Shown piece by piece: positions 62,530-64,000 of a stretch of 64,000 nucleotides of DNA (position 1 is the stretch's first letter; the number at the start of each line of letters is the position of its first letter). Origin of the DNA: Catajapyx aquilonaris (taxonomy: Eukaryota). A model generated the notes under the pieces. That model was given only the letters and a program-made list of their open reading frames with translations, made no database searches and had not been told where the DNA came from. The position numbers and the translations under genes were made by a program. The stretch is taken from the NCBI GenBank assembly GCA_000934665.2, contig KZ538462.1:1-64000 (forward strand), in the 5' to 3' direction.

Positions 62530-64000
62530 GGTTTGGTCAGTCAATGTACTTTCGTTTCTCGGGGGCGTCTTCAGTGTATTACAGCACTTTCAGGCAGTGA
62601 GCATTCTGCAAGGAGATTCCAAAACAATCTTTATTATGTGTATATAACGAAAGGCAAAGTTTGCCCATTTGTTTGTCCATGTTTTAGTTTCTACGGTATC
62701 AACAATGACTGATTGTTGCTGATTACATTACCACATACACATAATTATGCGTCAACTTGGGAGGTACTGGACATGCGTGCATTTCAACCCATTCTTCAAG
62801 TGCAAATATAATGATATGGATAAGACATTCCAACATGTCATGAGCCAGGTTTTGTGCCAAAATCATAAGCGCTGCAGGTGCATTTGGCAACCCTCCCCAT
62901 GGAACAGCGCCATTCAGATTCTTCTGATAAGCCTCACGTCAACTACTTTGTACGAGGTGAAACTAATGTGAGATCAACATTTATTTTAGCCCACTCGAGA
63001 TGACATGCCTCTTCACAACTTGTTAAACACATCAGAATTCAGACAATTAAATCCAAGCGACCCGACTCATTGTTGAGAAGAAACAGTAGACTCGGGATAT
63101 AACAAACTTCAAGGAACCGTGGCTATCAGTATCTTATAACTGAGGTTTCCTGTATCCAAATTTCCAATACACGAAGTTTACTGCCTGCCACATGCCTACC
63201 ATGCACACTCCTGCATTCAGATTACAGAAACTGTCCATGAAAATGAAAAATTAGCTCTCCAGTGAATTATGCGGGACCACAAGGATTTATAATTTTCATC
63301 TGCCATCCCCTCCTTGCCAAATAAACCAGAAAAAAGAATTTTGACCTTTTCGGCAAGTGTAGAGGGGGCGACAAGGCAATTTTCGGTTTCATGCTGAGTA
63401 GTATACAAGCAGCACATTTTTCCACAGAGGGAAAGCTTTACAAAGCTGACCCACAGAGGGGCCAAGAAATAGTCTGTTACAGCCAAAGTGAAAATGAGTC
63501 TGTTATATCAGGAGTAAAATACGCACGGCCTTATGGCGTGACCGTCCTTTTGAGCCTGGTAGTCAGTTCAGATATCTCGCACACTCAAAAATGCTCAGTG
63601 AACACTCCAGCTCTTTCAGACTTCCTGCCTCATGAACCTGGGCACTAATAAGCCATCCGACTAAAAATAGTGCGCATGCGATTGTATTCACTCATGTAGG
63701 CTACGCTGAGTGCGCAGGAATGCCGAGAGCCCTTTCGCATATCTAACATTACACACAAAAATGCAAGAATCTAATCTGACATTCTTCAACCCACGAGCGT
63801 ATCAGTGCGGAAGATTCCTACACCATCCTGCGAGTGTGTAAACATGTTTTTCCAAAAAGGCGCCTTGCCCACAAATATTGTTATGTTGCTGGTCATGTCG
63901 TACACACGTATTGTCGACATAAACGCGACTCATCAGTGCGCCCAACCGGATATGCATACCACTGTACCCAACAGGGCATGCGCACCGGCGTACCCAACTC

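Noticed and set aside
1..64000. CRISPR arrays, operons or other prokaryotic systems
   Set aside because: The sequence is clearly eukaryotic with spliceosomal introns, and no repeat-spacer arrays were seen.

Overview
AT-rich eukaryotic genomic DNA with spliceosomal introns, from an arthropod (most likely a hexapod; inferred from gene content). I assembled exons by hand, checking splice sites and phase. Genes in order: (1) minus-strand TGN38/TGOLN2-like type I membrane protein with an 8-Cys N-terminal domain and candidate microexons (2454-9407); (2) RNF181-like RING-H2 ligase (+, 10291-10918); (3) secreted, TM-less paralogue of the 8-Cys domain (-, 12335-13669) with a kappaB/AP-1/GATA-like motif cluster upstream; (4) intronless five-ankyrin-repeat protein (+, 15155-15658); (5) a five-exon secreted Cys-rich OBP-like gene with a GC-AG intron, seen only as fragments in the ORF track (-, 15798-17242); (6) 23-exon Cad88C/cadherin-23-like gene (-, 19136-28902), followed by about 14 kb of non-coding DNA; (7) RAD18 (+, 43513-45524); (8) fruitless-like BTB gene (-) with three common exons and five phase-compatible alternative terminal zinc-finger exons (47139-62529). 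Mobile DNA includes a Helitron 3' end, a tRNA-derived SINE with target-site duplication (TSD), a truncated poly(A) retroposon and three MITEs. The best novelty candidates are the membrane/secreted 8-Cys domain pair with its neighbouring ankyrin gene, the hidden OBP-like gene, and the fru zinc-finger exon array with a promoter-like element inside it. All family assignments come from remembered motifs, not database searches.
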